DNA of 64,000 bases from positions 119,534-183,533 of the IMG/VR virus record IMGVR_UViG_3300038415_000014; one strand, given 5' to 3'. Positions 29,599 through 39,916 of this stretch are shown in pieces. The stretch's first letter is position 1. Each line of letters starts with the position of its first letter. The notes beneath the pieces are model-generated. The model saw only the letters and a list, made by a program, of their open reading frames with translations, ran no database searches and was not told the DNA's origin. Made by a program: the position numbers and the translations under genes. The stretch comes from a virus.

Positions 29599-30236
29599 TC
29601 CAATTTAGAAAACCTGAAAAAGCGGTCGTCTTCCCTGAACAATGTTCCATACTTGTTGGTCTCTCCCGAGCGAGCCCCTTTGGAAAACGTGTGCTCACCA
29701 AGGAACGTGTGTTTCTCGGAAGGGATCAGTACATCTTCATCTATCTCACCCTCTAGCAGCAGCCAAAACCTGGCAGCAAATCTCGCAACGTTATAGGCAT
29801 CCGCCTCGTCATTGTTCCAATGAGAGATGCCGGTATCCGCTTTGGCCATCGTAACCATGTCGGCTTTGAACATCTTACCCTTACGTATGGAGGGGTCCTC
29901 CTTGGTAAGGGACTTCACTGTCAGGGGATCGAAGTACACCACATCCTTCCGGTGAGTATAAATCGCCTCATTTATATAGGTAAACAGTGCATAGAGCCCC
30001 TCAGACCAACCCTCACCAAAGGGAGGAGACTCTACTCCTACTATTCTCACCTCAGGAAAATCATCGAGTAAGTTGTTAACACACGAACGCAAACCCATGT
30101 ACCGGGCCACGAACACCATATCGGGAGGGCTGGAAAACCTACCCTTTTCTATCACACGCGCCTTGCCTCTTGCCCATGGATCATGTACACACCAACCCAT
30201 GTCAGACAATGACGGATCTAACCCAAGAGAGTACAT
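29595..30236 (-). CDS. RuvC-like Holliday junction resolvase
   Basis: LGLDPSL, VGVESP, NNDEADA. Confidence 0.8.
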   Translation of the reverse strand: MYSLGLDPSLSDMGWCVHDPWARGKARVIEKGRFSSPPDMVFVARYMGLRSCVNNLLDDFPEVRIVGVESPPFGEGWSEGLYALFTYINEAIYTHRKDVVYFDPLTVKSLTKEDPSIRKGKMFKADMVTMAKADTGISHWNNDEADAYNVARFAARFWLLLEGEIDEDVLIPSEKHTFLGEHTFSKGARSGETNKYGTLFREDDRFFRFSKLE

Positions 30237-30299
30237 TGGGGGCTCCCCAAAAAAGTTAAGTAGGGGCGCATAAGCGCCCCTACTCCAAACTATGACAGG

Positions 30300-31169
30300 T
30301 TAGACGTTACCTAGGACTCCAGTGAAGTCCTCTTCGGTGATATCTGCACCTGAGTTGCCACCACCGCCGCTACCAGGCATACCGAGCTTCTCACGAAGCT
30401 CATCCGTCGTGATTAGGCGGAATGGAGTCAACTTCGAATACAAGGTGTAGGCCTTCTCCAGAACCATCTTCTTGAAGTTTTCGTTCTTCAGGTAAATGGC
30501 GGTACCTGCCTGGGTGACAGTGTTCTTCTGGAAGTTGGTATCGCTGCAGGTCAGGTTCAGGTCAACCTGAGAGATCGATGACCCGTCGGCAACGAGACCC
30601 TTGTTCATCCGCTTGAAGGTGTTGTACATCTCGGGAGTCGTACGCCAGGGGAGGACCCTCCAATGCTTGGACAGACGGTCTCGATCAACGTCACCCTCAC
30701 GGTCAGTCGGGTACCACAGGACCACTGTGAGAGCATAGTCCTTGCGGTCACCAACCTTGGCCCACACTTTCTCTTCAGCCGCAGTGAGCCCCTTGGGATA
30801 GGCAAAGTATCCGAGCCCCTCCTTGTATACTGCTGAGGCCGGCTTGAACCGAGCCTCTCTGAGGTCTAGGAGGTCGACAGGCTCTAGTTGATCCACAGAC
30901 TTACCTAGCTTACCAGCTAGGCTGGAGCGGACCTTCTTGATGATTGCCCTCTGCTGATCCGTAGTCAGCTCGGGTTTCTCTTTGAGAGCGTTACGCAGCT
31001 GGATGGTCTCGTAGTTGTTGAAGTACACAAGAGCTATGCGATCAGTTCGACCCTTCTCGCCCTTATACCAGTCCAACTTGTTGGACTGGATTCTGCCCTT
31101 GTCCTCATCCCCAAGACCGATATCTTCGTTAACGTCAGGAACCTCAATATCCAGATCTTCTTCACTCAT
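30300..31169 (-). CDS. Putative single-stranded DNA-binding protein
   Basis: Position next to recA/ruvC; Gly linker and acidic tail. Fold not verified. Confidence 0.5.
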   Translation of the reverse strand: MSEEDLDIEVPDVNEDIGLGDEDKGRIQSNKLDWYKGEKGRTDRIALVYFNNYETIQLRNALKEKPELTTDQQRAIIKKVRSSLAGKLGKSVDQLEPVDLLDLREARFKPASAVYKEGLGYFAYPKGLTAAEEKVWAKVGDRKDYALTVVLWYPTDREGDVDRDRLSKHWRVLPWRTTPEMYNTFKRMNKGLVADGSSISQVDLNLTCSDTNFQKNTVTQAGTAIYLKNENFKKMVLEKAYTLYSKLTPFRLITTDELREKLGMPGSGGGGNSGADITEEDFTGVLGNV

Positions 31170-31287
31170 GATTGTGTGTTTTCCTTTAGCGCAAATGACA
31201 TGGCCCCAGATACAAATTTGGTGGGTAGAGCTGGGTAACCTGGTCGGTGCAGTTAGATCAGTACACCAATAGAAGTTGCACCCTGCC

Positions 31288-32202
31288 TCAGATGTTGTTC
31301 AGGATGTCACCGAAGTCGAAATCCATATCAGATGACGATACCTTTGAAGATGAGTCCTCTGTAGTCTTGGGTTTCTTCGATGCTGCCTTACCAGACGCTG
31401 GTTTATCCTCTAAGAAGCTAGCAAAGTCCTCTTCCCCTTCGACCTGAGAGTTGCCTATCGGCTCCGCCTCCTGAGGTACCACGCCCAAAACACTAGTAGT
31501 CTCGGGTGACTTTTCAGAAGTAGGCTCAGACTTTATGACTGCGACTTCAGAGGGTGACTCTTCATCCTGAATACCAGCCAAGGCCGCTATAAGATCAGGG
31601 TCTTCATCCTCCGGCGTAGTAACAGGGACAAGGGGGACAGAACCCTTCATCAAGTTTTCGAGTTCATTCTCGTTGATGTCAGCGTGCTCTTGGGCGGGTG
31701 GAGCACTGCTACTGGTGGGTGATTCATCCCCATAACCAGAGCCAGAGATACGATCTGAGAACAATAAGCTCCTCTGAACTTTGATCTCGGTAGCGGTTCG
31801 GATCAACTCGTCGTGTACTAGCTTGACAGCCTTGTCCACAGTCTCAACATCGAGCAGGTCCCTCTTCTTATTAGCTATACTCTGGACCTGCGCACGAAGC
31901 ATTGTGTTGACAACAGCCTCACGGTCACGAATGTTGGGCTGACGCTGTACCGTGTCATTCTCAGCCAGCAGATGGTCCTTCTCAATCGAGAGAGCGGTCT
32001 CTTCGCCAGCGATCTTAACCATCAGGTCTCGTCGTATCTTGCTCAGCAGCACTCGATGCTGCGATACCTTATTCAAGTAGTTACGACACTTTGAGGTTAC
32101 CTGTTGGATGTACCTGGCCCCCATCACCGTTGGATCAGGCTCCAACTCAACTCGAAGCGTACCAATCTCACGATATAGCTCGTCAACGTACTTTTGTTCC
32201 AC
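31288..32202 (-). CDS. Coiled-coil protein with acidic disordered C-terminus
   Basis: 304-aa ORF. Confidence 0.55.
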   Translation of the reverse strand: MEQKYVDELYREIGTLRVELEPDPTVMGARYIQQVTSKCRNYLNKVSQHRVLLSKIRRDLMVKIAGEETALSIEKDHLLAENDTVQRQPNIRDREAVVNTMLRAQVQSIANKKRDLLDVETVDKAVKLVHDELIRTATEIKVQRSLLFSDRISGSGYGDESPTSSSAPPAQEHADINENELENLMKGSVPLVPVTTPEDEDPDLIAALAGIQDEESPSEVAVIKSEPTSEKSPETTSVLGVVPQEAEPIGNSQVEGEEDFASFLEDKPASGKAASKKPKTTEDSSSKVSSSDMDFDFGDILNNI

Positions 32203-34389
32203 TCACTCAGTTACACCAGACTTGATTGCTTCCAGAATAGCTTTTCCAAATCCAGTGTTTCTAGCCACAACCTTGTCATTATCGATTGCCCGTTGAACAG
32301 CTCCGCGATCCCCAAGAACCCAAACCCTCTTCTTTGCGCGAGTAACAGCAGTATAGAACAAGTTTCTCTGAAGCATGCGTCCATGCTCCCTCACCATAGG
32401 CAGTATTATGATGTCAAATTCGCTACCCTGACACTTGTGGACGGTTATCGCGTAGGCCAAACGAAGCTTCTGGATTACTTCATTGCGAGGGATCTCGACT
32501 ATGGCATCGAGCCCATCCTCACCCAAACCATGGATTCTAATCTTCAGGTGGTCGGAACGAATGTCCGCAAGCTTACCCATATCCCCGTTGTAGATCCCAC
32601 GCTTGTAGTCGTTCTTGACCACCATCAAGCGATCACCAACCCTGAACTGAAGCTTACCAAAAGCCACCTCCATCTTGCCAGGACCAGGTGGATTTAGTAC
32701 CTCGCGCAAGCGCTCATTCAAGTTCGTAACCCCCACGATACCATCGTACTTGGGGGACAAGATCTGGAAGTTAGCGTCCCGCCCCTTGAGCTTCACAGCC
32801 ATCTTTAGGACCAGATCTATTATTCTAGCGTCATCGAGAGAGACGAACCTGAAGTCTGAGTTATCATCTCCAGTCAGGATGCTCTCACCACGATTGATCC
32901 TGTGCGAGTTGACTACAATTTCACTCTTCTGAGCTTGCCGGAAGATCTGAGTCAACCTAACTGTAGGGATTGCCGGACACCGTACAAGGTCGCGCAGAAC
33001 ACTACCGGGGCCGACGGACGGGAGCTGCGCGTCGTCACCTACGAGAACCAGAATGGTACCCTCCTGCAGAGAGCTAACTACCCGGAAGAACAATTCCTGG
33101 TCCACCATCGACATTTCATCAATGATTACCGCGCCTACCGGGTACTTGTTCCACTCGTTGTAACCCCACTCCTCACCATTGTATTTGAAGGTACGATGGA
33201 TTGTAGCAGCCTCCTGCCCGGTAACCATAGCTACTCGCTTAGCGGCGATCCCCGTCGGCGCCATCAAGCTGAAACCAACCCCAGCTCTTTGAAACAACTC
33301 GACGAACGTCTTGATTACAGTGGTCTTTCCAGTACCTGGTCCTCCCGTTAGGACCAGAACTCGATTGCTGATCAGTTCATTGACAGCATTCTGCTGGGCT
33401 TCGGATAGCTTGATTTGATGAGTGTTTTCGTAGGTATCCAAGAACTCTTTGATATCAACGTCGATGGCGATAGGAGTCTTGAACCGAACCAGGTACTCTG
33501 CAGACCGGCGTTCGTAGTTATACAGGTCTGGGAGATAGACCCCAACATCAGGGTCGACGACCACTTTCCCTTTGGCCTCCAACCTAGCCGTTGCATCCAT
33601 CAGATCCTTCGATAGGTCCAAACTCTCGAAGGTATCAACCTCAGACTTGAGTGACTCTCGAAGACTCATCGAGAGGTCACCTCTGCGAACACACAAGTGA
33701 CCGGACTGGGACGCCTCCCGCAGAACCCACAAAACAGCCCCTTCAAACCGACGAGGATCATTCTTCGGAATCCCACGGGATTCAGCGATCTCGTCAACCT
33801 TGTCGAACTCAAAACCCTCAATCTCCATGAGGCTATAGGGGTTGTTAGAGATGATCTTGCGCGCCTCTGAGCCAAAAGCATTGAATAGTGCTTTCATTTG
33901 CTCCGATGACACATCGTGATCAGCGAGGAGGGAAGACAACTCAGAACTGGTGACGGCTTCGGTCCAAGAGCTGAGTAGTGATGAGGCCGCCTCTTGATCA
34001 AACCCCTCGACCTCCAACAAGCGATTCGGATCCTCTGAGAGGATCCGAAAGGCGTCCTTTCCAAAGGCATCCACCAAAGCACAGATCTTAGATTCTTCTA
34101 GGATACCGAGACTATAGCGAAGAAAGTTCTCGACACCGACGTCAGAACTAGCCCACGGCCCCCACCCATTGAAGTCGAATTGCTTGCCAAACTTCGGATG
34201 AGATACCCACTTTCCAAACAACTCAAGCGGAACCCCGGCCACCACCCCTTGAATTCCAAAGAACCTCCCCTTGCAGACTACCTTGCGGTCATGCGAATAA
34301 GGGTCGGCCGTCGAAGGCTCTACAGTGAGGATGTAAAAGTCATCAGCTTTATGGATGATACCAGTTACCAGAACTTTGAGTGAAATCAT
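32203..34389 (-). CDS. recD2: RecD2-like SF1B helicase
   Basis: GGPGTGKT, APTGIAA, DEMSM, GDDAQLPSVG, FRQA, YAITVHKCQGSE, YTAVTRA. Confidence 0.93.
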   Translation of the reverse strand: MISLKVLVTGIIHKADDFYILTVEPSTADPYSHDRKVVCKGRFFGIQGVVAGVPLELFGKWVSHPKFGKQFDFNGWGPWASSDVGVENFLRYSLGILEESKICALVDAFGKDAFRILSEDPNRLLEVEGFDQEAASSLLSSWTEAVTSSELSSLLADHDVSSEQMKALFNAFGSEARKIISNNPYSLMEIEGFEFDKVDEIAESRGIPKNDPRRFEGAVLWVLREASQSGHLCVRRGDLSMSLRESLKSEVDTFESLDLSKDLMDATARLEAKGKVVVDPDVGVYLPDLYNYERRSAEYLVRFKTPIAIDVDIKEFLDTYENTHQIKLSEAQQNAVNELISNRVLVLTGGPGTGKTTVIKTFVELFQRAGVGFSLMAPTGIAAKRVAMVTGQEAATIHRTFKYNGEEWGYNEWNKYPVGAVIIDEMSMVDQELFFRVVSSLQEGTILVLVGDDAQLPSVGPGSVLRDLVRCPAIPTVRLTQIFRQAQKSEIVVNSHRINRGESILTGDDNSDFRFVSLDDARIIDLVLKMAVKLKGRDANFQILSPKYDGIVGVTNLNERLREVLNPPGPGKMEVAFGKLQFRVGDRLMVVKNDYKRGIYNGDMGKLADIRSDHLKIRIHGLGEDGLDAIVEIPRNEVIQKLRLAYAITVHKCQGSEFDIIILPMVREHGRMLQRNLFYTAVTRAKKRVWVLGDRGAVQRAIDNDKVVARNTGFGKAILEAIKSGVTE

Positions 34390-36275
34390 GAACTTATGAG
34401 AGAGATGAACTCCTCCTCAGAGATGCACTTGGTTCCGTACTTGCGCGCCGTAGCAGCCTTGGTCGTACCCGTATCTGCTAGGACTAGATAGGTTAGTTTC
34501 CTGGTGACAGAGTTCTTCACCTCCCCACCACGGTCCTTGACCATCTGCTCCAAGTCACCTCTCTTGTGTTCCATCTCCCCGGTAAAACAGAAGTACATCC
34601 CGGAGAACTTACCTCGAACTGGCTCCTGTACTCGGACTCCGATCTTGTCCAACTCGTCTACGACTTGGCTGTTTTCCCTGATCCACTTGCAGAGCACGGA
34701 GGCCTTAACCGGCCCTATGCCCTTGACTTTACTCAAGGTTTCTATACTCAACCCTCGCAACTTGTAGATGTCATCGTACCCGGAGTCCATCAAGAGCCGA
34801 ATCGTGGACTGGGCGATCCCAGGGATACAGAAGGACCCCAACATCAGGTCGAGGGGTAGGATCTTCTTCTCGTGGAGCAATCCCAGGACCTTGGCTGCAG
34901 AGGTTGACCCCATGCGCTCAAGGCCCGCTACCTGGTCCTCGGTGAGCCGGTACAGGTCGATAATCGACTTGACCAACCCTGTCGAAGTCAGCTTCTCCAA
35001 CAGGACATCACCCCACTCCAGGATACCAAGATTGGTGAGCCACTGAGACAGCCTACCGACGACTTGAGCCGAACAAACATCCCTATTGGGACAGATGTGG
35101 AACTCACCTTCCTGGACGACCCCAGCCCCACACGAAGGGCAAGTGGCTGGGGCGGCCGCGATAGTCCCAACCCCTTCTGTTACAGAGACCACGCGCGGAA
35201 TCACATCGTTGGCCCGAGCTACTAGAATCTTTGATCCCACGTCAAGCTTCAGAGTGTTGATGTATCTCCAGTTGTAGAGGCTAGCATTCACAACCTGAGC
35301 ACCTAGTAGATTGACGGTGTCAAAGTTGGCTACTGGAGTGATCCTACCGGTACCGCCCGTCTGCCAAGTGATACTACGAAGAACACTTTCACGAGTGACC
35401 GGTGCAAACTTGAAGGCTACTGCCCCGACGGGACGCATATCCTTCACACCCAAACCCTCTTGTTTGTCCAGGTTGTTGATGGATATTACCAAACCGTCAA
35501 TATCATAGTTCAATTGGTCGCGCTTGGATTGGTGGTATTCAACCCAAACATCGAGGGGTGTCCGAGATCCAGGCATCTTCGATAAGCCCCACCCAGGTGT
35601 GTGCAAGCCCATGGAATCGATGAACTTGAACTGGTCAGCTTCAGTTTCGAGCTTAGGGCCTCCCAGAACCTTGTAGAATAGCACTGTGAGGTGCTCGCAA
35701 CTCTGACCATCGTAGCGCTTTGCTATGCCACTGGCGGCATTTCGAGTGTTGGCATAGTTAGCCTTGAAGTACATCTCGAAGTCAGTCTTTCGAATGATGA
35801 TCTCGCCACGTACTAGACAGGTGGTTCTTCTTGGAATCTTGTCTGGAACCCCTTGCATCCTGGCCACATTGACCGTTATATCCTCCCCGATCTTCCCGTC
35901 ACCCCGCGTCAGTGCTTGGGTGAGTTTACCATTGACATAACGTACTGAGACCGAGATACCATCAAGCTTCTCGGACCAAAGAAGCTCCTCACCCGGAGCG
36001 TAAGCAGTAACCCACTCAGACATCTCCTCAAGAGTGTTGACCTTGTCCAGAGATCCCATCTGGACGGTATGTTTGACCTTGACCCACTCAGAAACAGGAG
36101 GAGAGCCCACCAGCTTCAAGTAGTGGCTTACTGCATTCAAGTCTGACAGCTCGTCTACCCAAGCATCATAGACCTCATCTTGGACTGTCGGAGTCTTGTT
36201 GTAGTAGTCATCTCGCGCTTTGGAGATCAACCCCTCAAGCTCCTTGATCCGATCTTCCTCTTGATAGGTAGTCAT
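34386..36275 (-). CDS. ligA: NAD-dependent DNA ligase
   Basis: EKLDG, RGDG, GE, DGLV, AFKF, Zn finger and BRCT domain; start placed at MTTYQEE. Confidence 0.95.
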   Translation of the reverse strand: MTTYQEEDRIKELEGLISKARDDYYNKTPTVQDEVYDAWVDELSDLNAVSHYLKLVGSPPVSEWVKVKHTVQMGSLDKVNTLEEMSEWVTAYAPGEELLWSEKLDGISVSVRYVNGKLTQALTRGDGKIGEDITVNVARMQGVPDKIPRRTTCLVRGEIIIRKTDFEMYFKANYANTRNAASGIAKRYDGQSCEHLTVLFYKVLGGPKLETEADQFKFIDSMGLHTPGWGLSKMPGSRTPLDVWVEYHQSKRDQLNYDIDGLVISINNLDKQEGLGVKDMRPVGAVAFKFAPVTRESVLRSITWQTGGTGRITPVANFDTVNLLGAQVVNASLYNWRYINTLKLDVGSKILVARANDVIPRVVSVTEGVGTIAAAPATCPSCGAGVVQEGEFHICPNRDVCSAQVVGRLSQWLTNLGILEWGDVLLEKLTSTGLVKSIIDLYRLTEDQVAGLERMGSTSAAKVLGLLHEKKILPLDLMLGSFCIPGIAQSTIRLLMDSGYDDIYKLRGLSIETLSKVKGIGPVKASVLCKWIRENSQVVDELDKIGVRVQEPVRGKFSGMYFCFTGEMEHKRGDLEQMVKDRGGEVKNSVTRKLTYLVLADTGTTKAATARKYGTKCISEEEFISLISS

Positions 36276-36285
36276 AGGCGAACCC

Positions 36286-36570
36286 TTAGTTCGAACCTGG
36301 CTCTTCCGGGGTGTTACCTTCAAGGGCCTTCTTGTGCAATTCCTCAATGATTGAGACAGAGGCCATAGGAGTCAGAATGAATCGGACTTCTTTACCGTCC
36401 AATAGAGCCAGGGGAGGGATCGGGTCAAAAGAAAGAGGGTTGCCCGTCTTCGGATGCACTGTCCGAATGGTTACGTGCCCGTTCAACGGGTCGACCTCGA
36501 CGGTCCCTTCAACAATGTAGATCCCCAATTTTTCTGCATCGATTGGGGTACCTGGATTCGAGTCACTCAT
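36286..36570 (-). CDS. Hypothetical protein
   Basis: 94-aa ORF. Confidence 0.55.
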   Translation of the reverse strand: MSDSNPGTPIDAEKLGIYIVEGTVEVDPLNGHVTIRTVHPKTGNPLSFDPIPPLALLDGKEVRFILTPMASVSIIEELHKKALEGNTPEEPGSN

Positions 36571-36707
36571 GCGGACTGTTTACACCGAATGAACAGCAGG
36601 ATGAACAAGGTCCGGACCTTGAGCAGTCTCCTTACATTGAGCAGCCTGAATAGCCTCGTCAAGGTAATCTCTTCAATGAAGAGATTGAGCAGACTCGTGA
36701 CGGTCAC
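36567..36707 (-). CDS. Possible 46-aa Leu/Arg-rich ORF
   Basis: GTG...TGA whose stop overlaps the next ATG (ATGA); lies within a palindrome-rich region. Confidence 0.25.
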   Translation of the reverse strand: MTVTSLLNLFIEEITLTRLFRLLNVRRLLKVRTLFILLFIRCKQSA

Positions 36708-36739
36708 TGAGTGATCTTCTTATAGGACCTTAAAGTAGT

Positions 36740-36770
36740 AAGAGCCGACAGTGTCCAACTACCGGCTCTT
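36740..36770 (-). terminator. Hairpin downstream of the small secreted-peptide ORF
   Basis: AAGAGCCG...CGGCTCTT 8-bp stem followed by ACTACTTT. Confidence 0.5.
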
Positions 36771-36785
36771 GGGTTAGGGTTTTAG

Positions 36786-36902
36786 TCAGCGTTGAATACT
36801 AACCAAAACAGTCGTGTGAATGTTGATGGTGTGACTAGCCGAGTCCTGCGAAGACAAAGCTAGCCACCCCACCAACGCCAAGACGATAAATAATCGTCTC
36901 AC
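36786..36902 (-). CDS. 38-aa signal-peptide-like small protein (MRRLFIVLALVGWLALSSQDSASHT...)
   Basis: Strong SD AGGAGG 8 nt before GTG; basic N-region, hydrophobic core. Confidence 0.55.
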   Translation of the reverse strand: MRRLFIVLALVGWLALSSQDSASHTINIHTTVLVSIQR

Positions 36903-36992
36903 GGGTGCTACCTCCTATGAGGTGCTAGATTACTGGGGGCATCCCCAGAAGAGCAGCACTATGCGCTCTCACATATAGCGACCAGACAAGTG

Positions 36993-37928
36993 CTATATTC
37001 TGTTTTGCTGGGGTACAACTACTTTTGATCCCTTCTTAGAATTACACGACCTGCAAGCTGGTTTAACGTTGGAGGCGGTATGTAACCCACCGTTTTTGAG
37101 TGATACAACGTGATCCATAGTCTTGGCATCTGGAACCCCACAGTACGCGCACTGATGGTCGTACTTTTCCAAGATCTCTTGCCACTGCTCGAACGTAAGG
37201 TCATCCCCTGGGCCGCGGAGGAGATGCTTGTAGTACATGTTGAAAGTCGACCTAGTTAGATTTCCAGGAACAAAAACCCCTTCTCTAGGTTTGCTCGTTC
37301 TTTTACCCATGGGAGTAGTGAAAGCTCTCTCCACAGACCACCCTTTATTGAGGCGTTTACCAAGAGCGGTTCTAGGCTTTCCAAGCCTACGAGCCCACTC
37401 AGCCAGGATGAGTGTCTAACCCATGTAAGTAATAAATTTGTTACTACCACGATTTCTAGCCTGTTCCAAGCTAGTAACCCAACGACAATTACCAGGTTTG
37501 TATCCTTCAAAGGATCTAGCCCTATCCAATGAGTAGCCAGGGGGCCTCTCACCCATATCTTTTAGAAACTCCTCGAAAGAGTTCCTCCACTTAGGGTCCA
37601 TTGTGATACCCAGCGCTCCATACTTACGATAGGAAACATGCTTTGGATCTTCACAACGAGCTATAGCACCCTTCCAAACTTTATAGGTCGGGGACTCCTT
37701 ACCACCACGCAGATGACCGTGTTTGGCCGCTGCTATACTCCTAGATACCAGTCGCTCCTTGTGTAAACACCCACAAGAACGAGTATAGCCCATACTAAGG
37801 TTGGTCCCACTCACTTCAACCATTGTTCCGCAAGAGCAAAGGCAAAGCCAAACTTTGCTGTGGGACCGTCTCTTAGGAGTCAACTCAATCACGGTCAGTC
37901 GCCCAATAACCTGCCCAAGCACTATCAT
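36993..37928 (-). pseudogene. Two-domain HNH homing endonuclease interrupted by one in-frame TAG (37416-37418)
   Basis: Track ORFs 37416..37928 and 36993..37334 share a frame. Read-through gives ITYMG*TLILAEWARRLG...GWSVERAFTTP, then HNH (CAYC, TMDHVV, CRSCNSKK). Confidence 0.75.
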
Positions 37929-37954
37929 GGCTATGAGCAGGTTCTATAGCAGCA

Positions 37955-39901
37955 TCACCGGATGGGGCAACTTCCGGTCGAGCATTCTTCAACTTCGAAA
38001 TCTCCGCCACGAACCAAAGGATGCTTGTGATCAATCATCGCGTAGAGTCGTTCGTACTCGTCCTTTGAGCACTGTTCGTATGGAGCTTGGGCATAACCAT
38101 GCGCTTTCGGAAGAGTAGAAGTACTTTTGAGAAACGGTACATACTCTTTCAGGCAGTCGGCCAGTTCCCCACGCTCACTCTCATCGAAGGACAGGGTAGC
38201 GGAGACAGCATTGTCGGCCCATGAACCCTGAACAGCCTTCTGCCGATCGAACTGATCACGAATAGCCTCGTTTTGAACAGTGACATGAGAGTTGAGGGAC
38301 TTCGTCGGGAAGGCAAACACCCAGGTATGCCCACTCTCATCGTAGACATCGTCTTCAAATGGGACCCCAGCTTCAGCCATGGCCAACGCCATGGGGTCGT
38401 TCTTGGCGATCCTGGTACGTCGTAGGTAGTAATCAGCATAGGGAGCATGGATGCCTGGGCTTGACCCGTTGAGCAAGGAGATAGTCCCCGAGGGCTTGAC
38501 CGTTGTTACCGCGATCGGGTCAGCTACCCCTAGCTCTCTTGAGTAAGAACTAGCTTCAGCGCGACACAAGTTATACCACCGGCTTAGCTGGGGCTGAGTC
38601 CAATCGAAGTCACAGAGGCCCCCAAGGCCTACTCCAACTCGCATGTTCTGCTTCTGGACATTGTCAGCTCGTTCGTCGAGGAGTGGTGTCAGCCTCTGAC
38701 GCAAGCAGTAGCGAGTGATGAGCTTAAAGACCAAATCTGGGTCAGTGTTGGACTCAAACTTGGCCGGGAACACCTCAGCCAAGTTGCATGCCTCACGGTC
38801 ATGGAGTGGTACCTCACCGCAAGGATTGACCCCTTTGGCTCCGGCATCCGTCTTCCACACTAGTGGTAGGTTGAGGATTCCTGGCTCCCCACTACCATTC
38901 TCGGCCATGTCTTGCACGAGAGAGTCCCAGTCGAAGTTCTGGAGTTGCTCCCATGAACGGAACGCAATTGTATTGTTGGACGTATGGCGGTGAGAGACCA
39001 CTTTGTCCATGTCCTTCTTTGCATCCCGGAAGGCTTGGTCATAGGCATCGCCGATAGCAATCAGAGCTGAACGACGTACGTTACCCGCCTTAACGCATAG
39101 ACCGATGTAGTTGGTGATATCTAGAGCCTCAACTGAGCTGAGACGACGACCAGCAGCTCCACGAACTATCAACCAGGAGTTGCGCAGTAGGTTGGTGAGG
39201 GGACCCGGGCCACAGGCAATACCCCCAAAGGTTCGAATCGGCATACCTCGGGCGCGAACCTCAGAGACATCGACAATCAGGTCTTTGGCATAGAAGGCTG
39301 AAGTGAGTACGATACGAAGCGCCTCTACCCAACCCTCACGTGAGTCAGGAACCTTGAAGATCGGAGTCTGCCCGTTGAGGTAGCTCTTGGCATTCGGATT
39401 GACGTCATTGACATCAGGATGAATCTCAGAGCACAGAACTGAGAATCTAGCCTGAGGCTCTCGCTGCACCACTGGAAGAGTATCAAGCTCCCCTAAACCA
39501 ACTCCCACACCACCACCGAGCATGAGCTGGTTGGCAGTCCAACACCAATCATCAATGCTATAGAGAGTAGTGTACCAGCAGTTGTAGCGAGCATCAGCCG
39601 GGATCCCCTCTACCCCACCCGTCCAGAGGCCTCGACCTGGAGGGAGTGCTTGACCTGTCCAAAACAGATGGAACAAGATCTTGGCTTCTTGCTCGTTGAT
39701 TGACGCAGCCATAGATAAGTTGGCCTCGACTACACGACGTATGGTATCAGTCCAAGTTTCCCTATCCCTGCAATACTTGTTGAGGTAAGTAGACCTCGCC
39801 AGCAAACTCTGAAAAGGATCGCCTTCTTTGTAGTATGGGGTTAAAAAGTCCTCAGAGAATCGAAAGCGCTTTGGTTTCAGAGTAGCATTGATGATCAACA
39901 T
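37955..39901 (-). CDS. nrdJ: Class II (B12-dependent) ribonucleotide reductase
   Basis: PPGRGLW, YNC, GNVRRSA, NPCGE, VKPSGT, C-terminal CxxxxC. Confidence 0.92.
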   Translation of the reverse strand: MLIINATLKPKRFRFSEDFLTPYYKEGDPFQSLLARSTYLNKYCRDRETWTDTIRRVVEANLSMAASINEQEAKILFHLFWTGQALPPGRGLWTGGVEGIPADARYNCWYTTLYSIDDWCWTANQLMLGGGVGVGLGELDTLPVVQREPQARFSVLCSEIHPDVNDVNPNAKSYLNGQTPIFKVPDSREGWVEALRIVLTSAFYAKDLIVDVSEVRARGMPIRTFGGIACGPGPLTNLLRNSWLIVRGAAGRRLSSVEALDITNYIGLCVKAGNVRRSALIAIGDAYDQAFRDAKKDMDKVVSHRHTSNNTIAFRSWEQLQNFDWDSLVQDMAENGSGEPGILNLPLVWKTDAGAKGVNPCGEVPLHDREACNLAEVFPAKFESNTDPDLVFKLITRYCLRQRLTPLLDERADNVQKQNMRVGVGLGGLCDFDWTQPQLSRWYNLCRAEASSYSRELGVADPIAVTTVKPSGTISLLNGSSPGIHAPYADYYLRRTRIAKNDPMALAMAEAGVPFEDDVYDESGHTWVFAFPTKSLNSHVTVQNEAIRDQFDRQKAVQGSWADNAVSATLSFDESERGELADCLKEYVPFLKSTSTLPKAHGYAQAPYEQCSKDEYERLYAMIDHKHPLVRGGDFEVEECSTGSCPIR

Positions 39902-39916
39902 TTGAGGCCAACTCCT

